DNA of 35,279 bases, from positions 1 through 35,279 of IMG/VR virus record IMGVR_UViG_3300029567_000036, one strand, 5' to 3'. A program made the translations under genes and the position numbers. Shown in pieces: positions 7,573 to 15,770 of the stretch (within the stretch, counting starts at the first letter, position 1; every line of letters starts with the position of its first letter). The notes below the pieces were generated by a model. The model was not told the origin of the DNA. It ran no database searches and was given only the letters and a program-made list of their open reading frames with translations. This stretch comes from a virus.

Positions 7573-8262
7573 CTATATGCATAACAGACGGAAGGTTTCT
7601 CTCCCCTTGGGTGTTACCAATGTTTGAGTGCCTGCCCATTTTGTTTTATCATTATAGGATTCTTTGATTTCAAACAATCCTGCATTCTTGTCCTCATACG
7701 GCATTAAGCGCCCGCGTTTATCACGGTATAAATATTTTTTGTCTAACAGGAATGCAATAAAGGTCTTAGGACCGATTCCCAGTTGCTTTGCGGTTTCCCG
7801 AAAATTCGTAAGCAAATTACGACTTACCAATTCATCAAAATATTCTGCCTTTGGTTGCATTGTTTGTACCGCCACCGTAAGTTTTGAATTCTCCTGCATA
7901 GCCGTTCTTAAATTCTGCTCCGCCATACGCAGCGCCCGGGACATTACCATTTCAGGCGTATTCCAAGCATTTTCCAGCTCGATAAAATACAAGCGTGCCT
8001 GTTTACCTCTATCATTGCGCTGGAGCATACAGAGCTCCTTAGCCATTTCAATGGTCAACTGCGCATCATTTCCCGGCCTACCGCGCTCGCCGGTATTTTC
8101 GCACAAAAATGTGCGAAAATCATTGCCCTCCACAAATCCATATTCGCACATTCTTGGAAACCAGTTGCGAAATGAGCTTTTCACTTCCAAGAATTTATGC
8201 AATTCTCTTGCCGACACCGTTGGCCTATCGCCATCGTAATTCACTTTGATTAGCTCGTTCAT
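7573..8262 (-). CDS. Phage antirepressor (AntA/AntB-like N-terminus plus KilAC/ANT-like C-terminus)
   Basis: MNELIKVNYDGDRPTVSARELHKFLEVKSSFRNWFPRMCEYGFVEGNDF... is typical of antirepressor N-domains. The C-terminal part contains AEYFDELV...LTNFRETAKQLGIGPKTFIAFL. ATG 8262 has RBS AAGGAG; the track's start at 8382 is an extension. Confidence 0.75.
   Translation of the reverse strand: MNELIKVNYDGDRPTVSARELHKFLEVKSSFRNWFPRMCEYGFVEGNDFRTFLCENTGERGRPGNDAQLTIEMAKELCMLQRNDRGKQARLYFIELENAWNTPEMVMSRALRMAEQNLRTAMQENSKLTVAVQTMQPKAEYFDELVSRNLLTNFRETAKQLGIGPKTFIAFLLDKKYLYRDKRGRLMPYEDKNAGLFEIKESYNDKTKWAGTQTLVTPKGRETFRLLCI
8095..8120. promoter_or_regulatory. 26-bp palindrome P1 (11-bp arms, aaaa centre) inside the ant coding sequence
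   Basis: attttcgcaca-aaaa-tgtgcgaaaat, a perfect dyad, encoding NDFRTFLCEN on the minus strand. Confidence 0.8.
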
Positions 8263-8426
8263 AAACAAAAACTCCTTACAAAATAATCTTGCAAGAGGCC
8301 CTCGTATTTGGTATAATAAATCTATCAGTGGAGAACCTCTGCTGCTGTTTAGGGATTTGCTTGTGCTTGGTCGTGTAAGCAAATCTCTTTTTTCTTTTCA
8401 AAAAACGCCACATAATGCCGTTTCCT

Positions 8427-8452
8427 ATTTTCGCCCAAAAATGGGCGAAAAT
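8427..8452. promoter_or_regulatory. 26-bp palindrome P2, sibling of P1 with a compensatory change
   Basis: attttcgccca-aaaa-tgggcgaaaat. It differs from P1 only at the two symmetric positions 9 and 18 (A/T to C/G). It lies in the gap between the small HTH gene and ant. Confidence 0.8.
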
Positions 8453-8458
8453 ACCGAT

Positions 8459-8638
8459 TCACATTTTTTGATCATCCAGTGCTGTAATTGCGTCCATAAC
8501 TTTTTGCGTTTCTTCTGCCGAAAAATCATAACGCAGTTTTTTAGAAAAAGTGCAATCGCTCATGCCCAGATAATCCGCGACTTGCCACAGTCGCAAACCA
8601 GAACGAATAATTGTACTTTTGATTTCTGACCCCTTCAT
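8459..8638 (-). CDS. Small HTH DNA-binding protein (59 aa), first gene of the ant operon (Arc/Cro-like position)
   Basis: MKGSEIKSTIIRSGLRLWQVADYLGMSDCTFSKKLR contains a helix-turn-helix. RBS AGGAGG lies 7 nt before ATG 8638. The track's start at 8671 would lie upstream of the predicted transcription start. Confidence 0.65.
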   Translation of the reverse strand: MKGSEIKSTIIRSGLRLWQVADYLGMSDCTFSKKLRYDFSAEETQKVMDAITALDDQKM

Positions 8639-8669
8639 TTTCGCACCTCCTTTCGCATTTGATGTCATC

Positions 8670-8698
8670 ATAATATCATTTTCGCAGTATTATGTCAA
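8670..8698 (-). promoter_or_regulatory. Near-consensus promoter of the ant operon
   Basis: On the minus strand, TTGACA (plus 8693..8698), a 17-nt spacer, then TATTAT (plus 8670..8675). The spacer contains the half-site attttcgcag (8678..8687). Confidence 0.6.
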
Positions 8699-8733
8699 CA
8701 ACATCAGCAAAATATTTTTTTGTCGTTTTATTG

Positions 8734-8762
8734 TTGACATATTCCCTCTTATGTGCTATTTT
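8734..8762 (+). promoter_or_regulatory. Divergent promoter for the XRE regulator
   Basis: TTGACA at 8734..8739, a 17-nt spacer ending in TGc, then TATTTT at 8757..8762. Its -35 block ttgttgacat is the exact reverse complement of atgtcaacaa (8692..8701) in the opposing promoter. Confidence 0.55.
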
Positions 8763-8801
8763 TAATTTAGACACAAAAACAATTATATTGAGGTGTTGAA
8801 A

Positions 8802-9344
8802 ATGACGAATATTAACTACAAGGAAGTTGGCAATAGATTAAAACGACTGATTGCAGAAAAAAATATGAACCAAATTGAGTTTGCAAAGCTCTGTAATGTG
8901 AGCGAAGCTACTTTGCGATTGCATATTCGCGGTGAAATAAAGAAAGGGATCAACTGTGATTGCTTATATGCATATAGCCGGGAACTCAATGTTTCAATGG
9001 AGTATCTACTTACAGGCGTTGAAACAAAGAAGCCCATTGCAATAAAGTATGTAGACATTATCAATGCAATCAACCTCTTGATCGATGCATTTGGGACCGA
9101 AATTATCAGCCCATGCAGTGAGGAGTTTGCGGACTGTTTATACATTGCAGATGAGGCTATCCAAACCTACTTGGAAAAAATCAGGCTTAACGGACATATT
9201 CGCGAAGATCTTGAAAGAATCAACGAGGGTGAAACATACAACAAAATGCGTAGAGAGTGGGCAGGATTATCTTGCAACAGATATAGTCACACTACAAAGA
9301 AGATCATCCCCTACGATGACGATGACGACAACTTGCCCTTCTAA
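8802..9344 (+). CDS. XRE-family HTH regulator (180 aa) with an SSB-tip-like acidic C-terminus (Mnt-like position)
   Basis: The N-terminus is LKRLIAEKNMNQIEFAKLCNVSEATLRLHIRGE (HTH_XRE). RBS GAGGTG lies 6 nt before ATG 8802. The C-terminus is ...IIPYDDDDDNLPF. Confidence 0.75.
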   Translation: MTNINYKEVGNRLKRLIAEKNMNQIEFAKLCNVSEATLRLHIRGEIKKGINCDCLYAYSRELNVSMEYLLTGVETKKPIAIKYVDIINAINLLIDAFGTEIISPCSEEFADCLYIADEAIQTYLEKIRLNGHIREDLERINEGETYNKMRREWAGLSCNRYSHTTKKIIPYDDDDDNLPF

Positions 9345-9352
9345 GTCAAAAA

Positions 9353-9391
9353 GGCTTTCGTCTACAAACAGACGAGGGCCTTTTTGTTTTT
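9353..9391 (+). terminator. Rho-independent terminator after the XRE gene
   Basis: ggctttcgtct, loop acaaac, agacgagggcc (two G-U pairs), followed by tttttgttttt. Confidence 0.7.
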
Positions 9392-9392
9392 C

Positions 9393-9421
9393 TTGCAATC
9401 TGCGGGGAAGTGTGGTATGGT
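9393..9421 (+). promoter_or_regulatory. Promoter candidate for the Thr-rich membrane protein
   Basis: TTGCAA at 9393..9398, a 17-nt spacer with TGg, then TATGGT at 9416..9421. Confidence 0.4.
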
Positions 9422-9444
9422 GGGGAGTGAAAGGAGAGATGGAG

Positions 9445-9966
9445 ATGAAGTCTAAGGCCAAAGTGTGGATCCTTGTTGTGACCGTTGTAATGGCGGTGGG
9501 GGTCGGTATCGGTGTGTGGGTGCACTATGATCGAGTGCATGATCAGGAGACAGCCAGTCTGGTAGATCACGCTGTATCCAGTGCACTGGCTGGTGTTACT
9601 ACACAGCCCACAGAGACCACTACAGAACCGGCAGCCACAGAGGCGACCGCAACCACAACAACTACAAAGCCCACAACCACTAAGAAGAAAAAGAAGAAGC
9701 ATACTACCACGCAACCGCAAGTAGTGTATCGCACCGAAAGGAATGGCACAGTAGCCCCAGCCGCAATAAGAGAAACAACCGAATCAACGGTGCCGAAGCG
9801 TCCTGCTGACGCGCACTTTGATCCCATACCTTCTGACGATGGATATTACTGGGACACAGCTTCTTCTCGAGACGATCCGTTAGAAGAAATATATGTCGAT
9901 GAAAGCGGCAGGCATTTCTATTTCAAAAAGGGCGATAAATCCACTCCAAGAATATATATTGACTAA
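9445..9966 (+). CDS. Single-pass membrane-anchored protein with a Thr/Pro-rich linker and a KKKKKK run
   Basis: MKSKAKVWILVVTVVMAVGVGIGVWV is a signal-anchor. The linker is TTQPTETTTEPAATEATATTTTTKPTTTKKKKKKHTTT. RBS AAGGAG lies 8 nt upstream. The track's start at 9085 overlaps the XRE gene and is rejected. Confidence 0.6.
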   Translation: MKSKAKVWILVVTVVMAVGVGIGVWVHYDRVHDQETASLVDHAVSSALAGVTTQPTETTTEPAATEATATTTTTKPTTTKKKKKKHTTTQPQVVYRTERNGTVAPAAIRETTESTVPKRPADAHFDPIPSDDGYYWDTASSRDDPLEEIYVDESGRHFYFKKGDKSTPRIYID

Positions 9967-9973
9967 TAACTCT

Positions 9974-10006
9974 AAAGCGGCTGTTCCAGTGCGGAGCAGC
10001 CGCTTT
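9974..10006. terminator. Bidirectional terminator hairpin between convergent genes
   Basis: aaagcggctg (9974..9983) pairs with cagccgcttt (9997..10006). Confidence 0.6.
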
Positions 10007-10011
10007 GCTGT

Positions 10012-12558
10012 TTATTGCAATTTTGCTTTCAGCGCGTCCACTGCGGCTTGCAAAGCGTCCAGTTGCTTCTTTTGATCTTGGATCAACTTAAGCATTGCCG
10101 GTATCATGATACGATCTTGCCAGCTTTCAGGTCTCCCTTCACTGTCATAGATCACTGCGTTGGGGTAATGCTTGTCCAGATCCTCTGCAATAACGCCGAT
10201 CTGCGTCCCGCTGACCAATTCGTTGTCCTTGTATTCTGGCTTGTAATTGTACTGGCACACCTGTACATCGTAAAGACCGTTTGGATCCAGCACAGCGTCT
10301 TCTACCGGTTTGATATTCTCTTTGTATCGTTTTGATGAGTTTGCGGTTGTAATAACGCCGCTTGTGTTTACAACCAGTGGAATGGTTCCGCTTGAAGATT
10401 TAAAACTCAGTCTAATATCGTCTTGTACCGTCAGTTTGCCTCTGATTGTCGTGGCGTTATCAATCCATATACTCTTCCCGACAAGGTATAAAACATTATC
10501 GCCACCATTCGCACTAAGCACAAACCCGCCTTTTGATTCAATCGTATCACGGTACGCAGTGCTTCCGCTAAGCGTCCAACTCACTTTAGACAGTACAAAT
10601 CTGGTTTCAACCGAATCTTTCGATCCCGCTTGTATACACAAGTTGCCATTCTGCTGCATTCTTAAGCAAATATCTCCGCCTTCTAAATATGTTTTGGCTC
10701 CGTGCTCATACTGACCGTATCCAATTACAAGGCTGTTACCACCAGATGCAGCATTAATGATTTCATATCCGGCAAGATCATATATTTTTTTGTAGAATTG
10801 TACATCGGCATCAAATTTGGTTTTCCCTTCCACCGATAGGGCCCCGCTCACATCTACCGAACCATTGCATACCATATCGCCGCCCATCGTTACATACCAT
10901 GTACCAGTATATGAACCGTTGCTGTTCTTTTTTTGTGCAGAAAACACCCAAGAGCCTTTGGTAGTTGGCTTTTGAATGTATGCACGATAACTACCCAAAT
11001 CCGCATACAGTTCTCGGTCGGTGATGTTCCACCCGGCGATCGTGCCTTTATCCGCAAGGATCTCAATACCGGAGAGTCTACCGGCTGAAATGTCCGTAGC
11101 ATTCAGGTAATACTGGTTGGTTTTTTTGTTGTAGTACACCGCAAAGTCCTTAAATGGGCCTTGCAGTCCGGTGGTAGAAACAGCCATGCCGTTCTTATTC
11201 AGCAGCAGGCAGCGTCCTTTGGTCTTGCCCTCCGCTGCCGGGTACTCTCCGATATAAAGCGCGTCTGACACACCATCGCCGTCCCGGTCGATCAAAGCAG
11301 CGTAACCACCAACTGCGTTCGTGATAGAATCCGTGGCGTCCTGAATGCGCTGCGCCAACGGCGCTGTGACCTGCTGCATAGCCTTAGAGATCATGCGGGA
11401 AAGAATGCTTCCGGCAGAGCTGCCCTCCTGTTCTGAACGGGCATGGGCGGCCACATCCATAGTGACGGAGCCATCATAATCATACTCCACACCCATCAAG
11501 GGGATATGGTGATCGCCGGTATCGTCCCGGTAAGTGATCACATCAAAACTATCCAGCGCCGGATTGGCCGTGAGCAATGTCATACTTCCCGGTCGGTACT
11601 GTATGCCCAGGTCAAATACAGTCTCACCCTGGTCGCCATCATCTATGTAGATCATATCGGATACAGCGTTAAATACTTTTTCCGCTTGGGCCTGGGTGGT
11701 GATCAGCGGATTGTCGAAATACAGCACCTCGCTGTTGACCGACAGACTATCTGGTGCAAGAATATTCTTATTCCCATTGTTGCAACTGATCCCCAGGTAG
11801 GTTTTGTCCGTCTCTGCCAGAGAGACCTCTGTGACTGTGTCGTCTGTCACCGTGTATTCTGCCGTACCATCATATACCTGGGCGAAAGTATCTACTCGCA
11901 ACTTGCCCTCTCGGTCAAAGACGGCAGCACAGCCGCAGAACCCAGCCACATAACCGATGGCATCATTCACATTATAGGCAGTGACCTGCTGCTTGCCGTC
12001 CTCGTCTGTTTCCGTACCGCAGAGCAAAGAAACATCTACCGTGCCAAAGCCGGAGACCTTGCTCTCCACGCCGGGAGCCAACTCAAAGTTACCCTGGCGT
12101 GCCAGGTCTTTTAAGATTGCCAAAGGGGTCTGCTGACCGCTGATGGCGGCAGAATACGGCATAGAAAGATCATACATGTGGTCGTACATTTCCAAAGTGG
12201 TACATTCGCCGGACCGAGTGACCTTTTCCGGATAAAACACGCCCATTGGCACCCACTCCACTGCACCGTTGACCATACAGCCAAAGTACACCACGGTTTT
12301 CTGCCCGCGAAGCACGGCACCGGCGGGCACAGCCCACAAAACGCAGTTACACCCACAGGAGTAGGATTTTGCCAGCGCGTAATCATCATGGCTGATACTG
12401 CGGTCAATATTCAGCTCCATAATGTTATTTTGCTCATTTGGGCTTGTAGGATCCGTCTCATCGTTGTAGCCAAAAATGAAATTGCCACATTTAACCTTCA
12501 CATAGATCCGTTCACCGTTTTTGATGGCTTGGTTAAACGCTGTGCTTGTCTTGTACAT
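10012..12558 (-). CDS. Tal-like tail tip/fibre protein with a C-terminal Peptidase_S74 intramolecular chaperone domain
   Basis: The gene follows the tape measure and a small tail protein. The C-terminal 109 aa, NSSKRYKENIKP...GVIAEDL...IPAMLKLIQDQKKQLDALQ, match the self-cleaving chaperone domain of endosialidase/tail-spike proteins. ATG 12558 has RBS AAGGAG. Confidence 0.75.
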   Translation of the reverse strand: MYKTSTAFNQAIKNGERIYVKVKCGNFIFGYNDETDPTSPNEQNNIMELNIDRSISHDDYALAKSYSCGCNCVLWAVPAGAVLRGQKTVVYFGCMVNGAVEWVPMGVFYPEKVTRSGECTTLEMYDHMYDLSMPYSAAISGQQTPLAILKDLARQGNFELAPGVESKVSGFGTVDVSLLCGTETDEDGKQQVTAYNVNDAIGYVAGFCGCAAVFDREGKLRVDTFAQVYDGTAEYTVTDDTVTEVSLAETDKTYLGISCNNGNKNILAPDSLSVNSEVLYFDNPLITTQAQAEKVFNAVSDMIYIDDGDQGETVFDLGIQYRPGSMTLLTANPALDSFDVITYRDDTGDHHIPLMGVEYDYDGSVTMDVAAHARSEQEGSSAGSILSRMISKAMQQVTAPLAQRIQDATDSITNAVGGYAALIDRDGDGVSDALYIGEYPAAEGKTKGRCLLLNKNGMAVSTTGLQGPFKDFAVYYNKKTNQYYLNATDISAGRLSGIEILADKGTIAGWNITDRELYADLGSYRAYIQKPTTKGSWVFSAQKKNSNGSYTGTWYVTMGGDMVCNGSVDVSGALSVEGKTKFDADVQFYKKIYDLAGYEIINAASGGNSLVIGYGQYEHGAKTYLEGGDICLRMQQNGNLCIQAGSKDSVETRFVLSKVSWTLSGSTAYRDTIESKGGFVLSANGGDNVLYLVGKSIWIDNATTIRGKLTVQDDIRLSFKSSSGTIPLVVNTSGVITTANSSKRYKENIKPVEDAVLDPNGLYDVQVCQYNYKPEYKDNELVSGTQIGVIAEDLDKHYPNAVIYDSEGRPESWQDRIMIPAMLKLIQDQKKQLDALQAAVDALKAKLQ

Positions 12559-12569
12559 AAAATACTCCT

Positions 12570-12938
12570 TTAGCGCTCGATGGCGTCTACTTTGTAGTTG
12601 ATGAAATACCGGCAATTCCTGGCACCGGAATAGGCTGTCCAACTGGGCGTACCAAAGTAGCAGTTGAACGAAAACACCGTATTCCCGGAAGTATCCTCCA
12701 GTTTAATAGAATGCCAGGGCTTACCCGCATTGTTGATCACGCCGTTTAGCTTGTCCAATTCCGCCCGGGTCAAGGGCGGAAAGGACAACTGCCTTGTTTT
12801 TTTGACCTGAACGATACTGCCGTTCATATAAGCTGACTTGGAGCGGCCCGTGTTAGAGGACCACACCTTTTCATCTGAACAGGATATGGCATTGAATGAT
12901 GGGTTTGGCATTTTTGTGCCGTCAATATATAGTGGCAT
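12570..12938 (-). CDS. Small tail protein in the distal-tail position (function assigned by position only)
   Basis: Lies between the tape measure and the Tal-like gene. RBS AGGAGGG. Confidence 0.4.
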   Translation of the reverse strand: MPLYIDGTKMPNPSFNAISCSDEKVWSSNTGRSKSAYMNGSIVQVKKTRQLSFPPLTRAELDKLNGVINNAGKPWHSIKLEDTSGNTVFSFNCYFGTPSWTAYSGARNCRYFINYKVDAIER

Positions 12939-12949
12939 ACCGTCCCTCC

Positions 12950-15739
12950 TTACGCTGTGGCCGTAACTGGGTCACGGCCTTTCTTTTCTGTTTGGTTCAC
13001 ATCGTCCAGCACCACCGTGCTTAAATGCTTACCGCCCACATATACCGGGATCGTTACATTGACCGCCTGCCCGCTGCTACCCAGCATTTGCACCATCATT
13101 GCAGCTACCTTGCTGATCCACTGGGTGTTTCGCTCCAAAGGCACAACAGCCTCGGCGCCTTTACCTTCCAGCAGACCGACCTGGCCTTTTTTCAGCACGC
13201 CGCCCTTTTCCAGCTCTGGGATAGTGGGTATAGAAAACAACTGGTACTGGCCGTTGGTCACGCTCACGCCCAGGGCGCTAAGCACATTAGACAGTGTGCT
13301 GCCAACGCTAATCAGCAGCTTGTCATTGATCTTGCCAACCATATTGTTGACCAGTTTGATCACACCGTTTAAGGGGCCTTTGAACGCATTGGTAAAGGTG
13401 GCTTTCAAATTCTTCAGGCCGTTCTTTAAGCCGGTCACGATCTTACCGCCAAGGCCGGTGACTTTTGATACAACGCCATTTTTCCCGGTAAAGAAATTAA
13501 CAACGCCGTCCTTAAATCCTTTGAATTTTTGGCTGACCTTTTTCCACAGATCGCCGATACCGTCAAACAGACCTTGGGAAATAAAGCCGCCCTGCTTTTT
13601 CATAACCTTAGACGGCGATTTGATCTCAAACGCTTTTTGGAAACCATTGATAAACGGTTGGAAAATGTGTTCCTTAACCCACTTCCATGCATCTCCAATG
13701 CCGTCAATGATGCCGTCCCAAATGCCCTGGGCCACATTGCCGCCGGCTTCTTTGATCTTGTCGCCAAAATAGGACTGTATACCGGACACAGCGTCAGAGA
13801 TAAGCTGTCCCAGGAATGCACACAGGCCGCCTAAAGCTGCACCAAGCGATTCAAACAGAGCGCTTGCCATTCCACCAAAATCAATACCGCCTATGAAGTT
13901 TTCCAGCGCTGTTGCAAGCCCGCGCCAGTCCAGGTTTTCCAGAAATCCGGAAATGATCTTGAACACACCGCTGATTGCATCGGACAGGGTCTTTGCCACC
14001 TGTCCCCAATCAATGGTGTTGAATATACCGTTCAGGTTTTTAGCAAAGCCTGCGCCAAGAGCTGCAAAATCGAATGTGGTCAGAAAGGTATCCAGCGCAC
14101 CGAATATGGTATTTACACCGTTGCCGACAATCTGTCCGGCGCCCTCCCAGTCGAAGTCACGGATGAAGCCGTTTAGGCTCTTGGCAATACCGCTGACAGC
14201 GCCGTTGACTTTGTCCTGTATGCCTTTCCAGTCCAGAGCGTTGATCTTGCTGATAATCTTATTGCAAGAACCGGCGATCTGTTCGCCGATCCCCTCAAAG
14301 TTGCCGCTTTTCCACAGGTTCTTGATCTTGTCCAGATATTGGGAAAACTTATCGGAAGCCGCAGGTGTGGCGGCGGCAGTGGATCCGGACGAAGCGTCAC
14401 TGTCCTGCTGGTCATCGCTTACCTTTGTGATTTGATCGAAGCCGTACAGCTCGTTTTTTGCTTTTGCCAGCTTTTTGGTTTCTTTCGTTGTTTTGCTTAC
14501 GGCGGTAGCCGTAGCATTCACTTGTGAAGCGATCCCCACAGAGGACAGCAAGCCGCTAATGGCATTAGCCACACTCATGGCATAGGGCATGAGCTTTTCA
14601 AACAGCCCCACAACCACATTGATGGCCGGTGCCAAAGCATTTGCAAAAGCATTTTTCAAGGCTTCTACACGGTTATTCAGAGCCTCGTTCTGACTTAAAT
14701 ATCCGGTGATCACCGAGCGCAGCTCGCCGAAAATGTTTTTACACACTTTCAGCCCCAACGATACCACACCTATACGGCGGATAGACTTGACCACATTCAA
14801 CAGGGACTTGCTGGCCGTACCGGAAGAAGCACGCATATTTTTCAGGTGACTATGCACCTTGCCGAAAGCGGCGCCCGCTGCAGATCCGATATTTCCAAAT
14901 ATGCCCTTTAACCCGGAGAAGCCCTTTTTCAGTTTCCCTGCTGCGGAAACATCACCGGTTTGCTTGAGCTGCTTGCTCATACTCTTAAGCGCAGGAGCAT
15001 TTCTGGATATAGACGATTTCAAGTTGGAAAAGCGGTTGCTTTCCGTTGCTATATCCGCATTGGTTTTGTTGATCTGTCCCGTGGTCTGTGCCATTGCACT
15101 CTTCGCTTTGAGAATCTGCGAAGAGGTTTTGCGGATTTCATTTTTCAGCTTGTCCAGCGTATCCGTTTTTAAATTATTCGGATTCAGGCCAACCTCTTTC
15201 AGCTCGCTGTCAAAGACTTCTAAATCGTTCTTTATACGATTGATAGCCGCCCGCTGCTGTTCAATCTGATTGATCGTCATGCCGCTGGTCGACGCTGTTT
15301 CCATTTTGTGGATCCAGTCTACCATCTCCTGATACTGACTGCTTACACCGGCGATGCCGTCCTTATAGGACTTCAAAAACTCCTGCTGTGCCCGGTAAGT
15401 GGCTGTTACCTCTTTTAAGCGGCTGGACAACTGCTTGTATGTTTCGTCCTGGCTGTGCAGCTGATCTTTCAGCTGTCTGGCTTTTGCCGTATACTCGGAT
15501 ATTTTCGCAGCACTGCTCATAGCGGCCTGCACATTGCGCTCTTGGCTCTTAATAAGCGTATCCACCTGCTTTCCCATCTTCCTTGTATCAGAAGAGGCGG
15601 AAGACATTGCCTTGGCAGTCACCGTCTTAATTTTATCCGTCACGCCGGACAGCTGCTTCAGCTCGGCTTGGAGAGAGGCCATGCTCTTTTTGTACTGGCT
15701 AATATCCGCAGTAAATCGTGTTACCAATTCCTGATCCAC
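12950..15739 (-). CDS. Tail tape measure protein
   Basis: 929 aa with a coiled-coil N-terminal half and Gly-rich/hydrophobic segments. It sits after the G/T chaperone pair. GTG start with RBS AGGAGGTG. Confidence 0.85.
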   Translation of the reverse strand: MDQELVTRFTADISQYKKSMASLQAELKQLSGVTDKIKTVTAKAMSSASSDTRKMGKQVDTLIKSQERNVQAAMSSAAKISEYTAKARQLKDQLHSQDETYKQLSSRLKEVTATYRAQQEFLKSYKDGIAGVSSQYQEMVDWIHKMETASTSGMTINQIEQQRAAINRIKNDLEVFDSELKEVGLNPNNLKTDTLDKLKNEIRKTSSQILKAKSAMAQTTGQINKTNADIATESNRFSNLKSSISRNAPALKSMSKQLKQTGDVSAAGKLKKGFSGLKGIFGNIGSAAGAAFGKVHSHLKNMRASSGTASKSLLNVVKSIRRIGVVSLGLKVCKNIFGELRSVITGYLSQNEALNNRVEALKNAFANALAPAINVVVGLFEKLMPYAMSVANAISGLLSSVGIASQVNATATAVSKTTKETKKLAKAKNELYGFDQITKVSDDQQDSDASSGSTAAATPAASDKFSQYLDKIKNLWKSGNFEGIGEQIAGSCNKIISKINALDWKGIQDKVNGAVSGIAKSLNGFIRDFDWEGAGQIVGNGVNTIFGALDTFLTTFDFAALGAGFAKNLNGIFNTIDWGQVAKTLSDAISGVFKIISGFLENLDWRGLATALENFIGGIDFGGMASALFESLGAALGGLCAFLGQLISDAVSGIQSYFGDKIKEAGGNVAQGIWDGIIDGIGDAWKWVKEHIFQPFINGFQKAFEIKSPSKVMKKQGGFISQGLFDGIGDLWKKVSQKFKGFKDGVVNFFTGKNGVVSKVTGLGGKIVTGLKNGLKNLKATFTNAFKGPLNGVIKLVNNMVGKINDKLLISVGSTLSNVLSALGVSVTNGQYQLFSIPTIPELEKGGVLKKGQVGLLEGKGAEAVVPLERNTQWISKVAAMMVQMLGSSGQAVNVTIPVYVGGKHLSTVVLDDVNQTEKKGRDPVTATA

Positions 15740-15770
15740 AAAATCACCTCCTTTTCTTGTTTTTCAATCG

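Noticed and set aside
9085-9444. N-terminal extension of the 293-aa ORF overlapping the XRE regulator gene
   Set aside because: It overlaps a well-supported gene and crosses its terminator. The internal ATG at 9445 has an RBS and begins a signal-anchor.
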